DNA from: Perkinsus olseni
Taxonomy: Eukaryota
DNA: 64,000 bases
Reading direction: 5' to 3'
Assembly (NCBI GenBank): GCA_013115125.1
Contig: JABANN010000077.1
Location: 1 to 64,000 of the forward strand
In this document: piece after piece, positions 22,468 to 34,432 of the stretch
How the letters are laid out: each line of letters begins with the position of its first letter
Numbering within the stretch: position 1 is the stretch's first letter
Position numbers and translations under genes: made by a program
Notes under the pieces: model-generated
What the model was told of the DNA's origin: nothing
Database searches by the model: none
Seen by the model: only the letters and a program-made list of their open reading frames with translations

Positions 22468-23976
22468 TCAATCGTAGTGACTCAAGTAGTCTTCGGCGAT
22501 CTCTTTGTCAAGTCGCTCAGCTAAAATCTTGATGTCACCCAGTCTCGATAACGGCGCATAAAAAACAACATCAGCGAGCCATGTTGGCAACCCCTCTTCT
22601 GGGCCAACTATGTGTTGGCCTTCCTCAATAAGAACCTTATTAGACAGAACTTTGACACCGTCAAGAGAGTCCCACTGACGGGCAAAATTTAAATCAGAAA
22701 TAACGCCCGACTTGAGGGCGTTAACAGAAACGCATGCGACGGCTTGACGCTCGTCCGCCGGGAGCACGTGAGGTATACTGGGCAAACCAAGGGCAATGAG
22801 TAGCACTTCGTCGACCAGGTCAACGCCTGTGGCGATCTTCTGTTGAGCACGAAGAGATCCACCACCCAATCTAGCATTCACTTCGATGAGTCGAGGACCA
22901 CGGCTCGTGTACTTGGCCTCTACGTGAAATACTCCCTCAGTGAAGCCCATGGCCAGGACTGAGTTCACAGCCAGGCCTTCAAGGGCAGTTACCTGATCAG
23001 GGGGGAGGGTGCTGGGGAAGATATCCCAGGTTTCATTGAAATGAGGCTCAAGAGTGGGGCCGTTGTCGTGCACGCAGACGTAGGTAGCAACACTATCGCT
23101 CATAACGATATTCACGTCGACCTCGGAGCCGTCGAGATATTCCTCTAGCATGAATGAGCCGAACTCGACGGTGTGATCAATGTCGTCGTTCTTATGCACG
23201 AAGATGCCGTCCACAAGTACCATATCAGCCAGCGAGCGCGTGACAGCATTGAAGGCCTCCACTAGATGCTCGTAACAGTCCACCCTCTGGACACCAACGG
23301 AGGCTGAGCCCGCCACAGGCTTCAGCACCGCAGGGAAGCCAACGTATTGAGATGCCTCTCGAAGATCGGACTCGGCGGTAACCAGCCTGTGACGCGTAGT
23401 GGGCCAGCCAGCGGCCTCGAGAACGTCGCGTGTCTTTCTTTTGTCACGAGCCAGCTCGACCGCAGCGACGGGTGGACCGGGCAGGCGGAATTCCTCGCAC
23501 AGTCTAGCTGTGTGCAAAATCGAGGTCTCCCATACCGTACAGATACCGTCGATGCGGCCAAGTTTCCTCAGAGCCTCCACGGCATCACTATGCAGCTTGT
23601 CGTGATCATGAGTGTTAATGTCTAGGGGTATGTACGTCTTGGCGACACCGGTGGTGACAAGGTCCTGCACCCAAGAATTGGGCTCGTCAACTATGATGAC
23701 GTTCACGCCTAGCCCGGCTGCTCGCTCGTAAACATGTTGCTTGCCTCGATTGCCAGCAGCGAAAAAGACCATGTTGGCGCCCCTCAACAGACCCAGGCGT
23801 AGCTGCTGTCCTGTGGCACCGGGCATGCGTAAAAAATCCTTGCCGAGTTTCCGACGCTGCGTAAAGTCCACCTCGGAGTCCACGCCGGAGTCACTGTTAT
23901 CAGGGGCAGTGGTCGAGTCGTGCCCTTCATCATTCGCTGCCTTGTCGATGGCTGCCGGTGGGACCGTAGGAGTCAT
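22468..23976 (-). CDS. Carnosine-synthase-like ATP-grasp amino-acid ligase, copy 2, intronless
   Basis: Tandem paralogue with the same motifs (GFPAVLKPVAGSASVGV, HDNGPTLEPHFNET, IEVNARLGGG). Confidence 0.85.
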   Translation of the reverse strand: MTPTVPPAAIDKAANDEGHDSTTAPDNSDSGVDSEVDFTQRRKLGKDFLRMPGATGQQLRLGLLRGANMVFFAAGNRGKQHVYERAAGLGVNVIIVDEPNSWVQDLVTTGVAKTYIPLDINTHDHDKLHSDAVEALRKLGRIDGICTVWETSILHTARLCEEFRLPGPPVAAVELARDKRKTRDVLEAAGWPTTRHRLVTAESDLREASQYVGFPAVLKPVAGSASVGVQRVDCYEHLVEAFNAVTRSLADMVLVDGIFVHKNDDIDHTVEFGSFMLEEYLDGSEVDVNIVMSDSVATYVCVHDNGPTLEPHFNETWDIFPSTLPPDQVTALEGLAVNSVLAMGFTEGVFHVEAKYTSRGPRLIEVNARLGGGSLRAQQKIATGVDLVDEVLLIALGLPSIPHVLPADERQAVACVSVNALKSGVISDLNFARQWDSLDGVKVLSNKVLIEEGQHIVGPEEGLPTWLADVVFYAPLSRLGDIKILAERLDKEIAEDYLSHYD

Positions 23977-25193
23977 CACAGGTTGAGCAACAACGAGCTG
24001 AGCGCCGGTCAAGGTCACAATGGCACCCACAGCAGTTCTGACGACACCTAGTGAGATGGAATACTCCTAACGCGATCGAATAAAGACATCCAGAACACTG
24101 TCGGGCGCGAACCCGCGTACCATTCGCGTTTGCATGAACTACGTCTCTGTGACGTGAATACACTCCTCTTCACACCATGGAGCCAACAGAGCCACGAATC
24201 TCAAAACATCGAGCCGAAAGTAGCACCTCCCACTCAGCCAGCTTCAACCAATTCAACTCCGTCGCGTCTACCTTCAGGTTGGGAGGGCCTGATGTGGCTA
24301 TGAGAATATTATTTCGATGGGAGATCGACTAGGCACGCCAAGATCTTCCCGCGGTCTGATTGCTCTGAATGTCGAGGCTACACAGATTCTCCAACTGAGT
24401 ACATGGGCAGGAGTCCAACTAAGCCGGAACCGTGAGCGTTGGACTATAAACTCACACACAAGATCTTCCCCGATACATTCGCTAGCAGGACGAAGTGAAA
24501 CCAGCTGGAGGACTGCTTTCTCTCTCTCATGGCGTCCCATATACATCATCACAGAATTGATGGTCGGGCCAAGCAAACGTAGAAAATTGCCGTGGAGAAT
24601 TCACCCTAAGCTAAAGACGATCCTCTTCTTCCGAATTTCATTCAAGTAGTGGCCGAAGTTGGCGCTATCACGGCTGGACTCCCCGAGATATTCTTCCCAA
24701 CCGAACCTCAACGATGACGATCTCCACGTTAAGCAGTCTGAAGCAAAAATCGAAAAATGATTCTTACGTGGAGAAAATGCAAGAGAGTGCAAGTTGACAA
24801 GTGTACGCGCTACTGCGAACACTCAGAATGGAGGTGTGCTTCTCTTTCGAAGGCATGTTATTGCCCGCTCATTATCTTGTCCCTTCTGGTCGAGTATTCA
24901 GCTCTTGTGAGCTGCTTCCTCTCTCGAGCTTTTTCCTAGTGTACGCAGAGTTTTCTATCGGGGCTGTACTACTCTGTTCGGGTCGCTAGTGTGACGCGCT
25001 GTAGCGGGGGAAATTATGGAGATTGGAAAAGACATAGGACCCCAGGGTGAGTATCCGAGGTTGAAGAGAGTTGGATATGATATAGGTCGGGTATCACTCT
25101 CCCCCAAACAAAGTGGGAAACGCAGTCGGTACTATCATTTTGGTGAGCAGTGAACAGTTGCCATTTTTGCATCTTACGAAGGACCATCTTAAC

Positions 25194-25941
25194 ATGCCAA
25201 GTCTCCTGTCTGTGAAGCCTGGTGAAATCGTCTTCCCTAACACTTTGTATCAATCGGTTAACACGACTTTGTCGTTAACCAATGTTGATACGGAGAAGAA
25301 GGCGGTGGCTTTTAAAATCAAGACGACTGCCCCTCGCAATTACCTTGTCCGACCCTCCTCTGGTGTTGTTGCTGCTGATGCTACTGTGGATGTGCAGATT
25401 ATTTTGCAGCCTCAAACCTCAGATCCAAGCCTCAACACAGACAGGTTCCTCATCCAAGCTACCACTAGTGCCACGGGTCAGCCTCTTGAACGTGACGAGT
25501 GGGCTCGCGTTGCCAAGTCGGATATCCACGAGCAGCGCCTCCACGTTATTTTCAAGCCGGCCGAGGAGGGCTCTCAGAACCAGACCAAGGAAGGTGGTTC
25601 TGCTGCTCCTACTGCGGCTCCGACGAACTCTTCCAACATCGCCGCCGGGGAGCTTAGAGGCAAGTACGATGAGCTCGTTCAGTACACTTTGTCAATTGAG
25701 AAGGAGAAGTCGAAGTTGGAGAAGGAGTTGGAGGCAAGCAAGGTAATAGACAAGTCATTCCGGTCTGCTCAGTGGGCTCTAGTGAGATTCGGTCGTGCCT
25801 CGCTCATTGTTCTTTTTTCCTGTTCAGGCTCGTAACGCAGTGGTGGCCCGCTCCTCCTCGGGTTTCACGACCATGCAGCTACTCATTTCCATGGTCATCG
25901 CGGTCATCATCTCTCGTCTAGCGGCACTCTATGGGTATTAA
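25194..25941 (+). CDS. VAP: VAMP-associated protein (MSP domain, coiled coil, C-terminal TM)
   Basis: VAFKIKTTAPRNYLVRPSSG, DRFLIQ; last exon FTTMQLLISMVIAVIISRLAALYGY*. Confidence 0.9.
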
Positions 25942-26362
25942 ATGCTTGTTTCCCTGGTTGCTGGTTAACAGCAGCAACTCGACTCACCATGGGAGTCTAT
26001 ATATGCCTACTGCTTCGTGTGCCGGTCTATTCTGCTCACTCCTGCTCTTCTCATCCAAAAGCCATCATCACCGAAGGGTTTTCATAGCCAATTCAGTGTT
26101 ATCGTTGCTGAGGTCGTGTCAGACGGGCGAAGGTTAACCGGTATTAAGTATTGCTCAACTTCTCTGCGACCATCGGTGATGGTTCGTGTGGTTATTGGAG
26201 CCTGTGCTGCAATTGGTTGTGAGTAGTGATGATTCCGTGGTGAGCGACATACAACCATTCTCTAGCAAAAGCTTTGTATCGTATTGCATATAACGTGGCT
26301 TGCCTCTTGCGTTGGAGAGTAGTCAATGGTGTCGGTTTAGCGGGTTTTTAACTTCTGCACGA

Positions 26363-27719
26363 ATGCCGGTCCACGTCGTATTTGTGAGGCATGCGGAGTC
26401 TGCCAACAACAAACGAGGGACCAACGACACTCGAGTGAGGGACCTAACGTCGTCTTCATGGTGTTCGTTTCACCATCTCTAGCGTCTGTTTTTATCGTTC
26501 CTCAGGCATGTGATAGGGGTTCTGAAACTGTGGATGAGCGCACTGGAGCGCCCTCAGCTAAGGGAAGGGTGGCGGACCCTGCCCTCACTGAACGCGGTTC
26601 GAGGCAAGCTGAGGTCACGGCGCGATATTTAGGTAAAACTGAGTGGAAACAAACGGTGTGATGAAAATATTCGGTCCTTCAGCTGGTCTGTCGGAAAGAG
26701 GCGTGTGGACAGTGAGAAAGCTGATGATATCACCGATGTTGCGAACGCTGCATACCGCACGTCCTATCATGAAGGTGAGAATGGGGGGGTAGTACGAAAG
26801 ACGATTCCGGATCTAGTGCCATTCAAGTTGTCAACTGCTTCGGTCCTGCATTCATCAGGAAAGTTTACCTTTTTCAAGCGTAGAATTCTCCTGTCATATT
26901 CTCTGTAGTGAACGGTGTTGAGTATCGCCCTTTGTGACAGACTCAGCTCGGCCGAGCCGACGTGACCATAGACTCTCGCCTTCACGAGGAAGGTGGCTTA
27001 TTCCAAGGCCCTCGAGCTCGTCGGGGTGCGGACGAAGATCTCGTGTGAGCTTCGAGCTTCCGATCCGGCTGTTCCGTCGAAAGGATGTGCCGTCAGGTTT
27101 GGGTTGAATCGCCGAGAAGCATTCAATGAACTCAAGTGTGATCGGTGCTTTGATGACGTACACTGGATAGGCACAGGGAAAAGCGACTTGGGAGGCTGGT
27201 ACTAGCGAACTTCTCGAGCCATTTGCCACCGTTCGAGTCACTCGTGTTATCTATCACCCTCACTTCTAGGTGGACTGGAGGCTTCGAGGAGGAGGCGGCT
27301 ACTCGAGCCAGAGCTAGGGATGTTGCCGAAGCTCTTTGGGATGCCGCGGAAGAGATTGAGCGGGTAGGGCGGGAAACTTGGCACCATGGGACCGCCACGA
27401 CCACGTCTGTTTTCATCAGTGATGATCACCTCAGGAGCACGCGGGAGAGGACAACTCAGCCATAGTGGTGGTATCGCACGGCCTTTTCCTTGACTCGGTC
27501 TACTGCGAGCTCCTCGGTATCCCCAACAACGATGAAAGGAGCAGCTTCTTCATGACCACTAATTGCTCTGTAACGGTGATGATGCTTTCAACGTCGCGGA
27601 ACAAGCGAAAATGTGGTTTCGTGTGTCATGATTCCGTAGCCCATTTACCAACTGAACTCCGTACGGGCCATTCTATTGGAGGACTTAGGCTTGACCAGAA
27701 GTGGGTGGAGCTATCTTGA
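26363..27719 (+). CDS. Histidine phosphatase / phosphoglycerate mutase family protein, spliced
   Basis: VVFVRHAESANN, DPALTERGSRQA, VVSHGLFL, TNCSVT. Confidence 0.85.
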
Positions 27720-27840
27720 GTTTCTTCATCGCAACACGCTGCGGTATTCTGCTCTTCTGATGTTTCTTCGCAATCACACTTTTTTCGTTGCCGAGTTGAA
27801 AACGTTCGGCCGACACACATGCGAAGTGGCCGCTGAGAAG

Positions 27841-27922
27841 TGCCCTCACTGGGGATCGAACCGACAACCTTTCGAAGGTGACGCAGCGGTCGGGTGCGCG
27901 TCTACCAGGACAGCGCGAAAGC
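27841..27922 (-). pseudogene. Degenerate tRNA-like element, intergenic
   Basis: 5' GCTTTCG can pair with 3' TGAGGGC(A); D-loop-like CTGGTAG; AAGGTT-GTCGG-TTCGATC-CCCAG. T-stem and anticodon arm are broken. Confidence 0.5.
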
Positions 27923-28338
27923 TAAGCACTAGTGGGCTTCGTCCAGTCAACTGTGAGCCGCTGTTGTGTACATGGATCCATCTCAATATTTGGAAGCGGA
28001 CGGCGAGTTGAGTTCTGCTTTGAGTTTGATAGGCGTGCACCCTTCGGATCCCCACGCAGACATCGAAAGACAAATTGCACCTTCTTCGTACGGATGAACG
28101 GCTTTACTTGACTCGTTGGCCATGAAAAGCAGGAATGACAAGAAGCGTTGGGACATCTCTTGTGAGCTGCCCTGCCTTAGTGCGTTCCTGAGAGGTCGAT
28201 GTGATCCCGCAGCGGCATTGCCGCTGAAGGTTGCTGCAGTGCCTTTGCTGTTGTTGTTCGAGTTTATTATCGTTGCTAACTTCTTTTATGGCTAACATTT
28301 CGTTCCGTCAAGCTTCCGCCCACATCCGAAACAGTCGC

Positions 28339-30192
28339 ATGGAAAGAATCACAAGTGGAGACAAGGCGGACAGTACTCTAGAGGAATCCTTGTTGAGTAG
28401 TGCACGATGAGCGCAAACATGATCGCCTCTGCCTTCCCTCCAACTTACGGTAGGTGGTTCAGGTAACAGCGCTCCGCCAATGTCTAAAGCCAAAAAGGAG
28501 TGGTTAGGAGTCAAGTCTATGCTCTTCGAGCCATTTAATGTGATAAGAGTTGCTATAGTTGTGGTATGGGCAGGGACTCGATGCTTCCTCAGGTTCTCAC
28601 AGTCTTCGTTCCCATCGGCATATGCGCCGGCGTATTCCACTGGTCTCCTATCTGGGTATTCGCCCTTAACTTCATGGCCTTATTGCCACTGGCAAAGATC
28701 CTCGGTAGGGCACTCTAACGTGTCACAGAGTTGCCTTGAGTTGGTCCTCACTAGGCGATGCGACCGAGGAGCTGTCGGCGGGGCTGAAGAATGAGACCTT
28801 AGGAGGCCTCCTCAATGCAACCTTCGGCAACGCAGTGGAAATGATCGTCTCGATTCAGAGTCTTCTGCTTGTAAGCTGTCGAACCTCTCAAGATTATCTG
28901 GAGCCAAAGCGCCTTTTCGTCAGAACTTGATCACCGTCGTCAAGGGTTCCTTGCTGGGATCTATCCTATCCAACTTGCTTCTGGTAGGACGGGCCGCAGG
29001 CGGTTGGGGCTTGTTCCATGTGGGCTTCATAACAGGTGCTAGGAATGTCCTTCTTCTTTGGCGGGTTGGGTCGCCGGAACAAGGAACAGGAATTCCTCGA
29101 GACTGGCCCTATGACCAACATGAGCATGCTCTTACTGGCGTGTGCGGCCTTCGCGGTCCCAACGGTAATGCAACAAGGAAACATGTTGCGAGCAAAAATT
29201 CCCCGCTCTCAGGTCTTCAAGTCGTCGGTGGGTTCGGAGTTCAGCAGCTCAGTTCAGCTTGATGACACTGTGTTGAGCATCTCTCGAGTCGCCTCGATCT
29301 TCCTGCTCCTCAGCTACATAGGATTCCTGTTCTTCCAACTGTGAGCCATCCCCAATACCACTCCAACGCTAACTTGGCTGCCATCGTAGGTACACCCACT
29401 TGCAGGTTTTCGAGTCCGCTGATGACAACCAGGCTGAAGCCACTATGTCTATCTGGTCCTCCATGCTCATTCTACTGGTACTAGGGACAGAGGCGTTGAC
29501 AGCTTTCCTACGCTCCTCTCTTTCAGGCCTCTACGGTTCTCGTAGCAGTGAACTCCGAGTACTTGGTCGGGTCCATTGAAGGAGTCGTGTAATATCTCAC
29601 AGTCGCACCAATCTCCTCGGTACATCTTTTTCTCAGTTCTGAGTGCAATGTTTCGGCGTCGTTCATCGGCGTCATCTTGCTGCCTATCATCGGCAATGCC
29701 TGTGAGCATGTGACTTCGGTCAGAATGGCCATCATGGACAAGCCAGTGATCGCCATCGGCATCGCTGTCGGCTCGAGTACACAGATCGCGCTGTTTGTTG
29801 TAAGGGAGAAGAAGCCTCACTGACCGGTGCAGGGCGGCATCCGCGCTCCTGTTCAGATTCCGTTCGCTGTGATCGTCGGATGGTGCATGGGTGTCCCTAT
29901 GGATTTAGACTTCAACGCTCTCAGTGTCGCCATCTTGGTAGGGAGGGCGGCACCACTGCGACTTTTGGCCGCCGACGGTTGTTTGCTTTAGGTCCTTTCT
30001 GTATTGATAACCCTATCAATCTTGGTGGACGGCAAGAGCAATTGGCTTGAGGGCTTGATGCTGCAGCTCACATATCTCATCATAGCAGTGGCCTTCTGGT
30101 AGTTCTTTGAGACGATACCCACAGGGATGAGCTTCGCTTCGCTCAGGTACGACCCTTCCAGCGACTTCGCTGCCCCGGGTGCCTCCCAGTAA
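28339..30192 (+). CDS. CAX: Ca2+/H+ exchanger (CAX family), spliced
   Basis: [74 protein letters not shown]. Confidence 0.95.
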
Positions 30193-30465
30193 GGGTTGAC
30201 AGAGGAAAGGTCCTCCTCGCCGTACAATAGACGTTGTGATGCTGCTGTCATGCTGGGCTGTCAAGGACTCATTTTACAGAGTTATATTATCTCATGCAGT
30301 ACCATCGCTGGGCATCCTCTATCATAATAGTGACAACCGAGTATTCCGGTACTGGAGACGAGTCCCCCCATCACACTATTGATACACTTACATCTATCAC
30401 TGAGGCTCTGAGGTTTTGGGCTGTCCGACGACGATGACGCTGCCCCGCCCTCTTCTCTACTGTCA

Positions 30466-33400
30466 ATGAGCAGTGGCTCACGGCAGGGCGGTGTGGCTCA
30501 TCTGGAAGGGGTTGGTTGGTGGGCTCTCATTCTTGCCGCAATCGCATTTTGTACTTGTGCTTTGCGTGCTGTTAATTTCCGCGGCTGACACACGGCGGCT
30601 TGCTGAAGATGAATCGGAAAGTTGGTTTTCGTGGCGAGTGACGGAGTTGTGTTTGCGATAGTTGGGTCGGAGGCGAGGGAACCAGCTGAGAGCCATCGCA
30701 GCGGAGATCGCCCGAGCGCCTCTGGTTTCCTGGAGTTTTTGGGGTCCTATGCAGTCGAACCGTCAATCACGGGGCCACCTATGTGCCAACTGCTTCAAGC
30801 CTGCTAACAATCTCTGTCAACGGTGCAGGAAAGTGTAATGCTCGAGCGGGAGGGTATGCGGCGTGCTAGTCGCAGTTTGCTGTTTCAGCTACTACTGCAG
30901 TGCTGCCTGTCAGAAGAAGGACTGGATTCTAGGGCATCAGGTGAGGCTTGAAGAACAACTGTGGAGAATCAGTCGCAAGTGGAAATCCTGTCAGGCGCTG
31001 TGTGGACATGCGGAGTTTTCCAGTAGGACACCGTCACTCCTCTCTGTGACGATGCTCAAACTCAGGGCCGATAAGAAGAGGAAGGTAGTACTCTGGGGTC
31101 TGTGCAGTCGGCTCTCATCGTGGTACACGCCGTAGCCAGACGTCAATGGGCTTATCGCTCTTAGAATAAAATCCGTATTGCGAAAGAATAGAACGGAGGC
31201 CTTTCATGTAGAAGGCCTTGTAATAGGAGTAGGGCCCATGATGATGTCATCAGATAATACCCGATCGCCAGTGGCGTCACATGGTCGGTCAAGCAAGCCG
31301 TGCAGCTGGTACAGTGTACCATCACTCCCTTCCATTTGTTATCGTCTTATCGTAGGTACGGTCAACCCGTGGGAGGCCCCAATGAAGGGTATTGATAATA
31401 TTGGCAACACTTGCTTCGCCAACTCAGTGAGAGATTTCACCGCCCTTAGTCTTCTCAAGGCGTCCCTCATCAGGTCCTGCAGTGTCTCTTCAGGATACCA
31501 TTGTTCGTCCGGTACATTAAAAGTACTAGGGGGTGGCGGTAGTCGACCTCCGACTGCCAATGAAGGCTGCACTCGACTCACAGGTATTCCAGAGGTCGAC
31601 TCGGCCGCCACCGACGAGAAGTCAGTTTTCCTACGGGCGTTTAAGCAGCTCTTAGACGAGTAAAATCGGCGACCGTCGAAGTCGTCTGGCAACATCTTCG
31701 ACATTCAGTTATTACCCCACACCTATACCCCCGCGCCCTCAGTCTCTGCCTCCTCCTACTACGACGTCACCGGAGCTTACTGTTGGTTGCGAGGTAGTTT
31801 AGCGATGGGGTGGTATAGCGGTTGAGCTTCGCCTCTCATCGGGACGTTTCTCTGAAGGTTCGTGTGGAGGGTCCTGAGCCCAAGTTTGGGCGTGTCACCT
31901 GCGTGCACACAGACCCTCGAGTGCTTGCCACCGATGAGGACTGTGATTCGGACTCGGCTGGAATGGAGACGGACGGTGGTGATGTCTATCACGACGCCAA
32001 TGAGCTCCCCATGACAGCGCAGACATCTGACAGCATCGTCGCCGTCACTGTTGAGTATGAGGATGGAAGTGAGTTTCGTCGTGGGAAGGCCCAACATAAC
32101 GATAACGTAATGGCGCAGGCTCCGAGCTGCTCCCTTCACAGCGTGTCGAACCGCTAGAGGCCCCCCAGGAGCCCTCATCTTCGGGTGGTTCCGGGCCGAT
32201 TCCCTTGGGAAATGGATCGTTGTACGACACAGTCCAACATCGTTCGAGTGTCTATCCCAGACAGACTTTGCCTCTCATATTGGACGACAGTCTTCCGCTT
32301 GGGTGAGTTCCAAGTTGGGCGATTCTATAGGAAATGAAGGGAGAGCGTGCTTCGTGTTGAGCGGAATACCTTTCGCTTGTGTAGCTGCCTTGAATTTTCA
32401 GATACCAGCATGATAGCCACGAGTTCTTGCGGTTTCTCTTGGATCGTCTTGAGTCCGCTACCGGAGACCTCATGCGCCGCACTGGTACGTTGGATACTTC
32501 GCCTTCAGTGTTTGTGAACAGCTTGTCTGGCAGATGGATTGGAGGGCCCCGTCGACTACGACTCGGCAATTAACTCCCTGCTGTTCGGGGCCTGGTCGGC
32601 TACGTTGACACAGTGCCCCAAGTGCCCGAAGCAGACCTACGTTAGTGGTAGGCGCTCCCCTCCCCTACCATAGAACTCACTGCTGATGACCTCAGAGCCC
32701 TATCTTGATTTGTCTATTGATCTCCTGCCTGGTGTAACATCGTCAGTGGAGGATTGCCTGCGGCTTTTCACAGCGCCCTCGCGGCTTGATAAGGATAATA
32801 AGTTGCTCTGTGAATGCTGCCATAACAGGTGCGTGAACTCTACGACAAGAGTACTTGATATTGACTTCTCCCAGAGTGCGGGCGGCCCGTCGGATACTGT
32901 TCTATGATACGCCTATGGTGCTTGTTATACATCTCAAGAGGTTCGACATGAACATGATGAAGAATAAGCAAACAGTAGGGGCCCTCACCGGGGAGCGGTG
33001 ACGAATCTTGGTGTCACCATCGTATGGCTGTCCTGGGTTCACCTCCTCCCTACGCTCGGTGCCCCCAGTAGTCGTGACAGATTCCACCTGTGCCAGAATA
33101 TTGTTCTCCAGACGGCTTTTGCCACAAGCGTCATTGCAGCGAAGTCGATACTGAAAAAGGCGATTGAGATTCTGTTGCTAGTTCTCTCGGCGCTGTGAAG
33201 GGTATATCAGTCTTGGCTTTCCGGTTTAAGGTTTCAGCTGTATATAATTCAGGTTACGTTTCCTACAAGATTGAATTTGAGGCCCTACTGCGTCTCTTCC
33301 TCCCCCCATGGCGCTCTGGCGGAGCAGTACAAGCTCATCGGCGTCGTGACACATCTCACAAGGTGGGCTCACTTATCAGAGCCGAAAAGCCTCACGCTGT

Positions 33401-34129
33401 GGCTGACCGCCGCCGGAGCTGAGCTCCCCCTCTTTCGCTCTTGTATCGCACGGTGTCTTATCAGTCGGGTCAACGCCACACTACAGAGCGGCCACTACGT
33501 GTCTTATGTTCGCGATGGCAACGGTCTGTGGTGGAGATGTGACGATGAGACCGTAACGCCAGCGACCGAGGACCAAGTGAGATCCTATTCGACCTTTTTC
33601 GGCATTCAGTTTTGGGCGTGTCAGGTTATGGCGACCGAAGCTTATCTCCTGTTCTACACTCTGCCCGCGGAATACCTAGCCAAGCGATTAGCGGTGCGAC
33701 GAGCTCCCATCGGCGATCATCGCGAGGATTGTCTCTTTCGTCAGTTGCAAGAGGAGGACAGTCGGCGAGCCGTGAGAATAGCGGAGGAACAGAACAACAA
33801 CAACGGGTCTACCAACGGCAGTGACGTGCCCGATAACGAGATCGTGAGAGTCACCAAGTGTCGCAGTGCAGCGAGTGTGCGCCTTTCAGACGGCTAGTCA
33901 AATGAGTGTTGGAGGGACGAGCAGCATGTCGGCCAGTAACGAGACCTCTGAAGTGGAGAGCACCGACAAGTCTGCTCCTTTGGTGAGCAAGAAGAACAAG
34001 AAGATTGGCGTTAATGAGAAGTGCCCCTGCGGGAGCGGTCTCAAGTGAGGGCGTTGCTGTTGTTATCAATCATGGCGGGATGCTACGTTCGACCTCAGGT
34101 ATAAGAAGTGCCATGGAGCGAAGCGATGA
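30466..34129 (+). CDS. Ubiquitin-specific protease (C19) with N-terminal MYND finger and C-terminal SEC-C motif, spliced (start approximate)
   Basis: MYND CANCFKP..CQRCRK/YYCSAACQKKDW..GH; Cys box GIDNIGNTCFANSVLQCL; QHDSHEFLRFLLD; LVIHLKRF; His box SGHYVSYV..WWRCDDETV; tail [21 protein letters not shown]. Confidence 0.9.
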
Positions 34130-34432
34130 TGAGTCCTCTCTGATAATGTCACTATCGGTTGATGTACAAACTGTGCCAATTGTAATGTTTCCTCTATACA
34201 AGTAGCGGCCTAGTGTTCAGTGCTGCGTCTGAATGGCTGCCAACGGGAGTTGCTTTCAGCTTGTTGTTTTGTTCGAGATGCGTGAAGTTAGCATGTGGAA
34301 GGTCCTGAACGACAACTCGGTGAGTTGAGCTCGAGTTTGTCGCTAGTACGCCCGATTCTTTGTCTTCAGCCTTGGTCGTGGCTATTGATATTTACGGTTC
34401 TCCTCATCGTGTTCTTACAGTCATTGTATGCA

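Noticed and set aside
24180..24860. Possible MRPL47 or Sm-like gene (TAGRSWRA; LLNVEIVIVEV)
   Set aside because: Expected downstream motifs are absent and I could not build a consistent spliced frame.
31793..32402. Apparent long insertion in the USP gene
   Set aside because: Resolves into in-frame GT-AG exons encoding an insert in the catalytic domain.
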